DNA of 64,000 bases from Camelus ferus. Its lineage: Eukaryota. How positions within the stretch are numbered: the stretch's first letter is position 1; each line of letters starts with the position of its first letter. Of this stretch, positions 1 through 11,489 are shown one piece after another. The stretch is from contig NC_045696.1 in NCBI RefSeq assembly GCF_009834535.1, positions 53,074,001 to 53,138,000 of the forward strand, written 5' to 3'. Below the pieces are notes generated by a model. The model saw only the letters and a program-made list of their open reading frames with translations. It was not told the origin of the DNA and searched no databases. The translations under genes and the position numbers were made by a program.

Positions 1-320
1 TTAAAGTCTGAACCTGACCTATTAACAGACAATCAAGAGGCTACTGTCTGAAAAATTAAGCTGAAGAGTAGGAGAATTAGTAGACTTCAGCAGGCAAGAT
101 CCAAATGAGAATTCCAGTTACTTAGTAAGATTCTCAATAACCAACAGAATTCACCCTCATATCAAATTCAACTAAAAAAGGTCTCAAATTCTTTATTTTA
201 TTAGAACATTTAAAACAAGTAAAGAGCTCCCGGCTAAGTTGAATTGAATGCAGAGGCAAATGTTTTGTATGAAATTTTGTAGGCAATGTTATTGAGTAAT
301 CAGTGCAACATGATGCTAAT

Positions 321-412
321 AAGGAAGGGGGAGAAGAAAGATGGAAGGGAAAGGAGAGCAAAGGAAGTAATGAAAGAAAGGAAAGAAGAGAGAGTAAAAG
401 AGATAGAAGAGG
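321..412. repeat. GA-rich low-complexity polypurine tract
   Basis: aaggaaggggagaagaaag...gagagtaaaagagatagaagagg. Confidence 0.7.
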
Positions 413-1139
413 TACCTTTTGGAGTTCCAGGTAACAGCTTTTGGTCAGAATTAGGAATGATTAATAGGATTGTAAAATGCATTCTAAGAATTTAAATCCT
501 AGAAACAACAAGTTCTAGACTAATATTTATGAAAAAAATTAAATGTTTCCTAACACTTGAATTTTCAAGTATTGAATTGAAAGAGGATCCACAGACACTA
601 CAGTTGTCAGCCAATATGAATATTCTAGGATTAATGAAATACAGGAAATGTGGCGTTTTAAGCATGGGTATCTGAAAAGAAAGACCAAAAGTGTCAGGTC
701 TTAGAAGGAGTCAACTTTCACATTTGTTTTCATAATTATATTGGTTTAATTAAGGTAATTATGCAATATAGTTTCTTATAAGTAATGGAGAGAGTCTCAC
801 AATCCAGGTGTGCGATAAATATTATAAGGTATGGTGAATGAGATATTTAAAAATAAGATTCACGTTCTAAAAAATATCACTTCAGGATGTCCCTTGTATT
901 CACAGACACATAGAGATTCTTAACATTACAATTTTAAAAAATCTCATTTTTGAAGTCACTATTCCCAGGGCTCAAGAAGATGAGATTAATCTCTGTTTTT
1001 GATGAGTACACAGGTTTATTTTATTTTACTTTTAATTTTTCTATTACAAGACTCTAGTACCTGTTTTGAAGAGTTTTAGATATAATTTGATGCCATGTCA
1101 TACAGGAAAGGCAGCAGCAAATCCCTCTCATCGATTGCT

Positions 1140-1336
1140 TTAGTTCTTGGTTTTTCACATGTATCTGAATCACCTGCAGAGCATAATGTATTTGTAAATT
1201 TTGGCTGCATTCCCAGGGATTCTTATTTGATTGTTCTGGGAATGGTTCTCAGGATTCTGCATTTTGAAAAATATGATGAACCAAACCATTGATTCTGTTG
1301 TAGGTTATGCAAGGATCAGATAAAGAGAAATATTGC
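1140..1336. mobile_element. MER5-like hAT-Charlie DNA transposon remnant
   Basis: gaatcacctg...gattcttatttgattgttctggga...caggattctgcattt...gattctg motifs. Confidence 0.5.
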
Positions 1337-2288
1337 CTTAACACAAGTGCCTCCATTTGTGGCATGATCAGAAAAACAAGAAATCACAGCAGGGTAACCT
1401 TTGGAGAATAAACGAACATTATTAATGAGAAGGATGACAAAAGAATCTGTTTATTTTATTGAAGTTAAGGGTGACGTTTTCTTAATCTTTGATCTTAGAA
1501 TCTGTAAAGGAGGTGGTGTAGGAACCAAAATATCTGGCTTTAGAAATGGGTCCCTCCATTTATAAAGTATCTGGAATGTATGTTTAGTTTTGAATAGCCC
1601 TGGCTTCAACAGATGTAATATTTAATAACATTAGTCACAAGTGATCCCAAAGGTTATTATTGATTTTTGTATTTGCTGATGCAAAACTCTCACCTGTGTA
1701 CCTTATGAGGAAGATACGTGGAGATGTCATTTAGCTAAAGATTGAGTTTGGCGAACCATGCAGCATATCTATTTCAACACAGGTTATTTTGTGTGTAATG
1801 ACCCTCATGAACAGATTAAAAAAAAAACTTACTTTTTTCGTGAAAAATAATCACCAAAATAAGAGAGAAAAACGTTGGAGATGTTGAAAAGTTACTAACA
1901 TTGTAGGAATATAAAAAAGGAAAGTAAATTTCCAGGGGAAATGGGATGCAGGAGAAATGTGAGGGGGACAAACACTTAAATACTTATGAAGTTGAGATTT
2001 TTGAAGTCTAGAGCAGTTTTTATGTCTCAACAATTTTTTTTCAGCTTTGATACCTGAAAATGGATAGTTTGGGGAGAGATTTTCTTTCCACAGGGCTAGG
2101 CTAGGTAAGAAGTTTTGGAAGGCCTAAGATGTTATCATAAAAGTTACTTGTCAATCTGCCTTTCTCTGTCTCATGCCCAAGAAGATTAGTATTAGGAATA
2201 TCTGGGGATGTAACACTATTTGAAATTGAATGAAATTATGCTGGATTATTTCCCCAGATGTTCTCAAGGTACACACTTCTTCTAAAGA

Positions 2289-2465
2289 AGTGGTTCTCAA
2301 AGTGTGGTCCCTGTACCAGCTGCAGCAGCATCACCTGGGAGTGTGTTAGAAGTGCAAATTATCTGGCCTTACCCCCATGCTACCTTATCAGAAATTCAGT
2401 GCAGGGGGGGACCAATCTAAAATTGAATTTAATAAATACTCTATGTGCTACTGATGCATGCTGCA
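2289..2465 (+). mobile_element. MER5A-like DNA transposon
   Basis: agtggttctcaaagtgtggtccc...cagcagcatcacctgggag..tgttagaa.tgcaaatt. Confidence 0.8.
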
Positions 2466-2692
2466 TGTTCTCTTCAGACATCTTTAATAAATGTAGCTAA
2501 GAATTCAGAAGTGATGCTTGTCACTTCTTCACCAAATAACAGCTGAAAGAGCCCCACTGCAAGGGTAACAGACGAATGTGAGTTCTTAAGACTCTAGGCA
2601 GCACTCAGGGCAAAGCGAGCCTTATGAGAGATACTAGGGTAGCAGCATCGTGATTGTCATCATAGTGGTTGTCAGCATTGTAGTCGTCAGCG

Positions 2693-2715
2693 TCATCATC
2701 ATCATCATCATCATC
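2693..2715. repeat. (CAT)n microsatellite at the MIR tail
   Basis: tcatcatcatcatcatcatcatc. Confidence 0.85.
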
Positions 2716-2962
2716 TTACTGAGTGAGAACACAAAATCTCCAGACACTGGGCTAGGGGCTTACATAGATCATCTAATTTAATCCTTACAACTTATTAAGG
2801 AGGGCTTAAAGTTTTAATTTTATCTCTAATTTTCAAATAATAAAACTGAGTCTTAGAGAAATTAAGTCATTTCCCCCAAAAGTTACTTAAGTAGCAAGAA
2901 GGAAAGCTGAGATTTGAAGCAGGCAGTGTGACAATAAAGCCCACTTTCTTAACCACTATTCT
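2716..2962 (-). mobile_element. MIR SINE
   Basis: tttaatccttacaac...aaaactgagtcttagagaaattaagtcatttccc...ctgagatttgaagcaggcag...cttaaccactat. Confidence 0.75.
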
Positions 2963-3464
2963 TTATGCTATTTCATAGCATCTTTGAGTTAATGGTGGCC
3001 TTGCTATTGGGCAAAGAAAAATAATAGAGTATTTATTTAATGACTAGTTAAGTGGGATTTGCAGAAACCATGGAGAGTGAGCAAGACAGAACTTGAAAAA
3101 TTCAAAAGACCCTTATGTTCTGAAGGAAAGTACTATGGGATTGGAGGAAAGAAGGACGCCAGCCATACCTAGAAGCGGAATCTTTGATGTGGTAAAAATA
3201 TGTAGGGTTGAGGCCTGGAGTAGGAAGCTGTGTGAACAAACAGCATGAAAGGATGGAACCACTGACATAATCATAGAGTTGAACGTCCTAAGGGGAAGTG
3301 AATCAGCCATCTGGTGCTAGGTATCAAATGCCAACATCCATATAATTGTCCAAAAATTCCCCCCTTCAAAACTCAGGCTCAAGGAGGAGACAATCCTTTC
3401 TTCATCATAAGGGTTCAACAAAGCCTCACAAGTACAGGCTTTGTTGCTCATATTTTCTTTCAGA

Positions 3465-3682
3465 GTAATATGGTTAAAAGCAAAATACAATAATACCTTG
3501 CATCAGACAGATGTGGGTTTGAAACCCTGTCCTAAGCCAAGAGGCAGCCTTAGGCAGGCGTCTTATTGTTTCTGAACTTCAAGCTTTTTCATATTTATAA
3601 TGAAGTTATTAACACCTATTTAATAATCATATCATTAGAATCAAAAGAGATAATGAATAAGCAGTACCTGACACTTAGTAGG
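3465..3682 (+). mobile_element. MIR SINE
   Basis: atggttaaaagc...tcagacagatgtgggtttgaaaccc...tacctgacacttagtagg. Confidence 0.65.
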
Positions 3683-4293
3683 TTCTTCTCCATCCCTTAA
3701 TATTAAGCCAAATTTAAGTTAATTTCACTGTGCTGACAAGGTATATACAGTATGATCTAACCTAGTTGTAGCTCTCATTCTCTTAAGATTGTTGTGTTTA
3801 TATCTAAAAAGTACATAGATAAATAAGAAAAAATGAGGAAAAGCTTCAGGCATTTGGCACTAAGAGCTCAGATGAATATAAATCTGATATTAAATCTTAA
3901 AGTCATAACAAAAAAATTTCCATCCCAGTAGAAAGTGCTGCAAATTTGATTCCTGGTCTGCTTGGCTCCAAGCTACTCCCTGAACTCTCTGTGTGACCTT
4001 TAGCAAGTAACCAAAATTTAATTAACTTCTATTCCTCATCTAGAAACCAAGGAATGTAATACTTAGATTACCCAATTTTATCCCATACAGGAAAATACAC
4101 ATTTTCTAGTTGTGGTCTTTAGTGGCTTTCCCATGACATTAAAGGCTGTGAAGGTATTAAAATTGTGTAGGAATCTCGTAATATAATGTGGAGCTGGTCA
4201 TTAGATTAAATCTGTTCTAAGGGGCCTCAAGTAAACTAGTTATCTCCTCTCCCTCTGCCTTTAAATGAGGTAGAACTTCTTGTGTCTTGAGGG

Positions 4294-4296
<3 letters not shown>

Positions 4297-4354
<58 letters not shown>
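4297..4354. repeat. Compound microsatellite (TG)15(AG)14
   Basis: Direct count from the sequence. Confidence 0.95.
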
Positions 4355-4356
<2 letters not shown>

Positions 4357-5629
4357 CTTGTGTTTTGAGGGAGCTGATAACCTACTTACACATCTACATA
4401 TCTGTAGTTATGTTTACACACTTATGTGGGCTTCCTGAGATCCAAACCCTGGTGCCTCTTATCATGGACTTCAAACACTCTCCACTAAACTACAAGAAAA
4501 GCATTCTACGCTTTGACTGTGATAGGAACTTTGCAAATCAGGAGACATGCCTTTTACAAGCAATAAAATGAAGCTGTCAGCCATTGCAAATGGACCAAGA
4601 TAGAGGTCACATGACTAAACCACCCCTGCACCAGGCAGTCTCTGATGTATTTCACTCCAGTTTCAATCTATTAATCAGAGGATCTGGGAGAGCAATAATT
4701 TAAATGCTGCAATAATCAATTCCATAACACATTAATAGAAGCTACAGTCAAACTTTGCCATACAACTGACTGCATTGGAATCTTGACAGGAGCCCTGGGA
4801 CCGTGCCTAATTTGCATTCAATTTACATAAAATTGTAAATCAAGAATCCATGAACACAGCCCTAATATTTGTTAGTGCTTAGATCCTCCGTGATAGATGG
4901 ATTGAAACTGCTGGTAGTTTGACTTCCCTTGCAATAAAATTGTGCAGCTGACCAGTTTTATTCTCATTCTGCAATTATGGGGAAAAGGGACTCAAGAGAG
5001 CTATAGTCTGGGGTCTTGTGTATGCCATTCAGGGTTTTCATCCTATAAAACCATGACTCAGATGTGCCCTTGGAAGCCCCCATCTAGAAGCAAATTATCC
5101 CCAATGACTCTGCAGATCCTCATCAGTAGAGTTGCTCACAAATAACCTGCCATTAAATGAGGATACAAACTACAAAGACAGCTTGCCAGCTGAGTGAATG
5201 GCAATGCTTCTGGAAATTTTTATTTTTCCAAATAACATTTACTATCACAGAAACAGATAATTAGTGACATTCTTTAGACTGAGGACAGCGAAAAATCAAA
5301 CCTTCAGCAAAGCATACGGTACCTAACAGCGTGCTAAAGTGGATTTCATGTGGTTCTAAGCATTCTGTGTGTTCTTGTGTCCCTGTGGACAAAGCTGTAG
5401 CCTCTGCTGTGTGTTTTCACACTCAAGGCTAAGAGAAAACATTCTCCCCAAGGACACTGGCTCACAGTGGCAAGACTCCTTTTTTTTTTTTTCATCTTCA
5501 TTGCAAAAAGGGTAGCAATTTTATTTTTAATATGTGTAGTTATACTTCCATGTAAAAAATACTCTGTTGCCTATAGCACATGTCAGCAATTATCTCTGCA
5601 TGGTTTGCCATTGGCAAATTTAATATTTT

Positions 5630-5798
5630 CTTCTTTTTTTTCCTAAATTTCTTTTGTTTTGTTTTGTTTTTTTTATTGAAGTATAGTCAGTTTATAATGT
5701 TGTGTCAATTTCGTGTACAGCATAATAGTTCAGTCATACAAATATATACATGTATTTGTTTTCGTAGTTTTTTCATTATAGGCAACTACTACAAGATA
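5630..5798 (-). mobile_element. Young L1 3' end with T-rich tail (cetartiodactyl type), sense to LSAMP
   Basis: ttttattgaagtatagtcagtttataatgttgtgtcaatttc..gtgtacagcataatagttcagtcatac...cattataggc..ctacaagata. Confidence 0.8.
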
Positions 5799-5996
5799 AG
5801 ACTTCTCTTTCTATATCCTCCTTAGTTCTCTCATTTTAAGTCTATCTTTTAAGAGAGAAAATAGATACTTAAATGCCCTAATGTATTTGGAAGTGTTCTT
5901 GGAAGTGCTCTTTTTTTCCAGAAAGGATTATTTGAGTATTTTGTACATCAAGATTATTTTCGGCCTCCCACCTTTCCTTTCCCACCATTTTCTTAC

Positions 5997-6229
5997 CTTG
6001 CACGATCAAGTAAACTTGGGAGGTCTTGGGCTCATGCTGTGTCTGCACCGAGCAAGTGTAGGAACCCTCATCATAGACATCCACCTTCTGGATTCGGAGG
6101 CTGTATTCCAGAGAATGGCGTTTCTCCAGCTCGACCCGGGGGTCCAGAGACCACTTGTCATGCCCAGCAAAAATGATGCCAGAACGGTTCAACCAGGCCA
6201 CCTTCGAGTTCTTATCTTCTACAACACAC
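5997..6229 (-). CDS. LSAMP: LSAMP (limbic system-associated membrane protein, IgLON family) internal coding exon encoding most of Ig-like domain 1
   Basis: Translation [77 protein letters not shown] matches LSAMP Ig1 as I recall it, with the Cys...W...DEGSYTC Ig signature. Acceptor TTTGCCAG|G at 6230/6229 and donor CAAG|GTAAGA at 5997/5996. Length 233 nt = 1+77x3+1 (phase 2 in, phase 1 out). Confidence 0.97.
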
Positions 6230-6256
6230 CTGGCAAAGTAGAGTAATGATATTAGA
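6230..6256 (-). promoter_or_regulatory. LSAMP: 3' splice acceptor, pyrimidine tract and branch point of the LSAMP exon
   Basis: Minus strand reads CTCTAATATCATTACTCTACTTTGCCAG. The CTAAT branch-point match puts the A at 6252, about 23 nt upstream of the AG. Confidence 0.8.
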
Positions 6257-9200
6257 GCCTTGGCCATACCTGTATCTGCATTCATTCTTCACATGATTGG
6301 ACTCAACAAGACCAATCAAGAGAAATAATTATGTACAGAAAGAATAATGGTCATGCCACTTCTTAGTCCTAAATATTGTCACTATTTCTCCTTTAAGATC
6401 TAATTACCATCCAATGGATGGGTGTCATTATATTATACCCAACTTGGCAATAAACAATTGGTATAAGAAATGCAGGCAAAGTTAAATGGGTATTGACTTC
6501 CCCCTGGATTATCTTCTTGTCTAGGAAAAGGTCATTCACATGGAACTCCATCTGTTTAAGTAACTTTGAGAATTAGACGATTGATTATGTGGCATATTTA
6601 CTCAGTTTTGAACTGCACATATTCTTTCATTAGTATTTCCTAAAGTCTTGTGTGATAGCAGATCCAGGATATGTCACACCACTGTAGCAATTAGACTGAA
6701 TTTCAGAGTTTGCATCTGATCCTTTCAAGCTTGGAATGCCCACTCCCAGGAGTGAGAAGTCTGTGAGCAGGTCCAAGGCTAAGTAGACAGGTGTTGTATC
6801 AAGAAAATCAAAGCTAGTATCTTCTTGCCTGAGTCTGACTCCACCTGCTGAAGTCAGCAGGTTGCGTGCTGGCAAGATAGATTGCTACCAGCATTTCTGG
6901 GACATCAGAATGAATTCAATCTTTTATGGTAGATGAAAAAAACTAATTTTGTAGTTCCTATTCTAAGAAGGATGAAGGAAAAAATGTCTATTTGAATAAC
7001 TACTTATTTTAGAAATCTAAAAGGGTCTCTTTCTGAAACTTGAAAGAGGCAAAGAACACGGATTAGTGAGGAAGGGATAAATACTTTATGGAGGAGTGTG
7101 GTTTTTCTCCTTCAAGTCCAGCAAGAATCTGGAAATGGAAAAACCAAGCAAAAAAACTCTCTGTATCCCTTTGGCAAGATTTATGTCTGCCCCACAGGGA
7201 GACTGTCCCAGACCCTGTTCATAGCTGCAGAGCCAGCTGCTCAGCTCTCTGGGGCATGAGGGATGGACAGAAGGAGCCAGGAGCATGACAGCAGAACAAT
7301 TAAAACACCGTGTTTCCCCATATTTTCCAGACTGAGTCCAATCCAGGTTTTCTCAGGTCAAAGCAGCCATGCATGGACAGGAGGTCAATGCATAATCCAC
7401 AGGCTGACCACGGTAAAGATACAGCAGCCAGCTCGTCTTTTCAGGACAAAAGCTGAATCTTTTAAAAAATACCTCACCCATAATACAAAAGGCCTCTTTA
7501 TCCTATTATTTTCAAGTGAATTGTATATTTTAGGAAACATGAGAATTTTATTTAATCAGTTGGGTGCCATGGTGTGCAGGTCTTTCTTTTCCTTTCTTTT
7601 CTTTTCTTCTCTGCCTAATTATTTTCATAAACATAGGTAGATTAAAGTACCATTTAGTATCTCCACTACCCAATACGTGTTTCTCTGCCATGAAGGTATT
7701 ATTGGGATTAATTATATGTTTGATAATTTAGAACTCCTCTCTAAGGGAAGGCAAAGCTAACTTTGTGGACACCTGATGCTTCTTTCCAGACTCAACGTTC
7801 CCTGTTCTATTCTTTGGTGGCATCATGTCTCTGTCCTTGGTGGTATTTGCAGCACTTCTCAACTTAGAATCATTCATGAATCAATTAATAGATTGTTTGC
7901 TATCCTACTCTAGATCATAAATAAAGTTGCTGATGTAGGTCTACTGTGTTTATCTTTTCTACTGAGACGAATGGAAATTTATCTCTGTAAATGCATTTTG
8001 AATCTTCTATCACATTTATCCTTGTGTTTTTTTTATTTTTTCTCCCCTCATCTGCATAGCACAAAACAGCAGCAACTAGGTATATTACATCGCAGGGGTG
8101 TACTCTGAACGCTGTTTAGCCCAGCGAATAAGTTTCCAATATCTTCATCTTGGAAAAAATATAATATATTATAATATATTTTACATAAATATGGCCTATA
8201 AATAAAATAACAATGAATTTTGTCTTGTTCATGAAAGTACCTCCAAAAACTAATCTGGTATAAAATAGACACCTGGTAAATGCCTGTTGCATGAACAGTG
8301 TCATATATGCAGAAAGAGGACATATGGTTACCATATTCAACTCCCCAATCCCAAGCCCTAACAGCATTGGCTAATGAACTGGGTACACTTCCTAATCAGT
8401 ATAAGGTATAGTTTCTAAGTAGGGTCTTTAGGGTCCTTTGGATACTTTAGCAATTTTTGTCTGCGGGAATGTTAAAATTACCGCATAGATCATTATTTCA
8501 AATTATTATCTGAGAGAGTTCAGATCTATCTTACCTAAAGAAGTAACTGACTACTCGTTATGTGGAAATCTTGCTATGACAGTCTACATAACATCTTATT
8601 TTTGCATTGTGTTTCATTTGTATTTACTTTTAAAAATTTATCTTTTACTCCCAAATAAATAAAAGGTATATTAGAATACACACATATACACTTACACTGA
8701 CACTTTTTACTAATCCAGTATGATTAGCCAGCTCCAAGCAGCAGAGCACAATGGAGTATTTTTAAAAAGGAAACCAATCCTCCAGATATTTAAGGGTTCT
8801 TTTTTTAATAGTTCTGAGTAAATGTATTGACTCTATAAACTACAAAATAATCTTTCTACAACATAGCTAAAACTTTCATACTGAAAAATGAGCAAAAAAA
8901 ATTTTCAGAAATAACTTAACATTAAAAATGCTTAAATCTTGATTTAAGGTGGCAACTATTTTAAACCATAAGAAGTGTACGTAAGAAAAAGATGGCCAGA
9001 GTCAAAGTAATAGTCTTGTTTTGTAGAACTCAGTTTGTAGTCTCAGTTTGTAGAACTTTTTGTTTGTTATGTGAAAATAACCAGTCATACAGGAGGCCTA
9101 GCTATTGGGAAATGAGGCAATGCTGATTAAACGCGGACCCAGGGTTCCAGCAGGCACTGACTGGCCAGTGAGTATTTTGAGCTTGCATCTGGAAGGTAAG

Positions 9201-9629
9201 TGGCTTAACTGTGCATCAGTCAGGCCTGTGGAGTTAATGAGAACTCTCATGCCACATCACCATTATATGGTAATGAATTATCCCCCAGTCAGAATGCTGC
9301 TTCAATACCAGACGATCCAGTTCACAACTAAATACCTAAGGACTTTATCTTTAAAATCAGCCTTGGCCAAAGCAGGAAAAGTGTAAAGAGATTAATTTAT
9401 AAAATCTGTAAGTGTTTTGTGGTGTTTGGATTTAATAGAATGTTTCCTCCAGGAACTCAAAATGTGCAATCCATTCCAGGATTTAAAGGGGACTGTGTGG
9501 TAGAGAGTAGGTGTTGGTGCCAAGAGGAGAGGGGCAGAGAATGTTCCTCCACCCTAGGTGGGATTTCTGTCAGGCAGCTGAGGATATTGGGATATGATAC
9601 AAAGTGTCATCTCTCCAGGAAATCCCTTC

Positions 9630-9836
9630 TCATCAGTATCTCACCCTGTTACTTGGCTCCTTCTTATGCATTATACTCCACGTTGCATTAGACTTATTTT
9701 TACTCATCTCTCCTCATAAATTTCTTAATAAGAGTGACCTTCTGAGAATTCACCTATGGCCTTAATGGGACCAATGTCATTAATCCACCATGCACACAGT
9801 AGGCACTACTAAAATGTGGAATAAATAAACTGAATT
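9630..9836 (+). mobile_element. L2 3' end fragment
   Basis: gcacacagtaggcactactaaaatgtggaataaataaactgaat terminus. Confidence 0.5.
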
Positions 9837-10808
9837 TAACAAACTGCTATTAGATCAATTATCAAATATTTGTTAATTATCTAATAGGTACAGGATAGAT
9901 GAATAATTATTTTAACTGTTCTTAAGAAACAGTTAAAATTATCAGAAAAATAGGGACAATTTACAGAGAATTATTGAGTGTGGCATTAACATGAAAGCAA
10001 AGGAAAGAAAAAAGTGTGCTCAATGTTTCCACTACGAATAAAGATCATCCTTGGGAATTAAATAATCCATATCACATGAAAAACAGTGAAAAGAAGCATA
10101 AAGCACTAGACAAACATTTAGTGAGCTGTCCACTTTAACTTTGGACCCACAAATATCAGGTGGGTTACTTAACTATAAACCTATGATTTTTTTAAAGATC
10201 AGCTTTAAAAAAAATAACAGGAAAGGCAGGCAAACAAATTTCTATCTTCCCTGTTCAGTATGTCAGAATCCATAAAACTGTCACAAAAAATCAATGCACC
10301 CATAAAAATCTCAAGCATTGGATCTCTGCAAATACTTATACCAAGTACATTATGCACACTCATACAAACAGGTACATTGACAGTTCCACTCACACTGCAT
10401 TAAGTCTGGGGATTACGCTTCCAAAACGATGAATGTAATTGGAGGCAGAAAAGAAATGCTAAATTCGGTTTGTACCAATAGATTGCTTAATGGCATATTT
10501 ACTGACAGTATAGACATGATGTAAGTGATATACATCTACCAGCCATTAAGCCTGTTCAATTGCTACTAGATACAACTCATTTTTAACAAGCATTACTGGC
10601 TGCTAGCAATGTGCCAAGTCAATATTAGAATTTATTCAAACTTTTTTCTACTTCTCAAGAGCATAATCTGGGATTTATTCATTAATAACAAATAAATACA
10701 GTTTACTTAATCACTCACTGGTTATCTATCCTCACATTTTTAAATTATAAAGCCTGGGGGAAGAGAAACTTTGTAAGAGAGATTTGTTTTTTAAATTAAA
10801 AAAGAACA

Positions 10809-11242
10809 GCCATTTGCAGCAACGTGGATGGACCTAGAGATTACCATGCTAAGTGAAGTAAGTCAGACAGAGAAAGATTAATATCACATGTTATCACTTA
10901 TATGTGGAATCTAAAAAATGAGACAAATGAACTTATTTGTAAAACAGAAACAGATTCACAGACATAGAAACAAACTTAAGGTTGCCAAAGGGGAAAGGGG
11001 GCAGTGGGGAAGAAGGATAAATTAGTAGTTTGGAATTAGCAGATACACACTACTAAATACAAAATAGATAAACAACAAGGTCCTACTATATAGCACAGGG
11101 AACTATATTCAATATCTTGTAATAACCTATAATGGAAAAGAATATGAAAAAGAGTATGTTTACATATGTATGACTCAATCACTATGCTGTACACCAGAAA
11201 CTAATACAACACTGTAAATCAACTATATTTCAATTAAAAAAA
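10809..11242 (+). mobile_element. L1 3' fragment (ORF2 C-terminus plus 3' UTR), artiodactyl type
   Basis: Encodes PFAATWMDLEITMLSEVSQTEKD-like ORF2 end, followed by typical 3' UTR (aacaacaaggtcctactatatagcacagggaactatattcaat...) and an A tail. Confidence 0.92.
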
Positions 11243-11274
11243 TTTTTTTAGAAAGAGAAAGACTAGTTAGATGA

Positions 11275-11489
11275 GTAGTTCTCAAAGGGAAAAATTTGTG
11301 CTTCCAGATGATATTTGGCAATACTTGGAGTCATTTTTTGGTTGTCACAACTGGAAAGGGGAAGTTGCTACTGGCATCTGGTAAGTAGAAGCCAAGGATG
11401 CTGCTAAATACCCCACAACATAAAGGACACTGCAGAACAAAGACATATCCCATCTAAAATGCCGGCAGGCTCAAAGCGGAAAAACCCTG
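11275..11489 (+). mobile_element. MER20 DNA transposon
   Basis: agtagttctcaa...atttggcaat..tggag.catttttggttgtcacaactgg...tgctactggcatctggtaagtagaagccaaggatgctgctaaa...aaaccctg. Confidence 0.85.

Larger units (their letters stand above)
1..5996 (-). other. LSAMP: LSAMP intron following the Ig1 exon, 5' portion
   Basis: Begins with the GTAAGA donor. No Ig2 exon (VPPKI-type sequence) is seen in 1-5996. Confidence 0.85.

Noticed and set aside
4287..4571. ORFs with CVCV/ERER runs (similarly YIYI at 52896-53160)
   Set aside because: These are translations of dinucleotide microsatellites.
5881..6246. 121-aa plus-strand ORF overlapping the exon
   Set aside because: Antisense shadow of the coding exon with no recognisable protein features.
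5878..6285. 135-aa ORF as a standalone gene starting MNADTG
   Set aside because: Only 5997-6229 is LSAMP-like and it is bounded by splice sites. The flanking codons are intronic.
9020..9057. Three copies of TTTGTAG(AA)CTCAG; similar micro-duplications at 31241-31261, 36395-36424 and 53037-53070
   Set aside because: Ordinary replication-slippage duplications, not CRISPR-like (no spacers, eukaryotic context).
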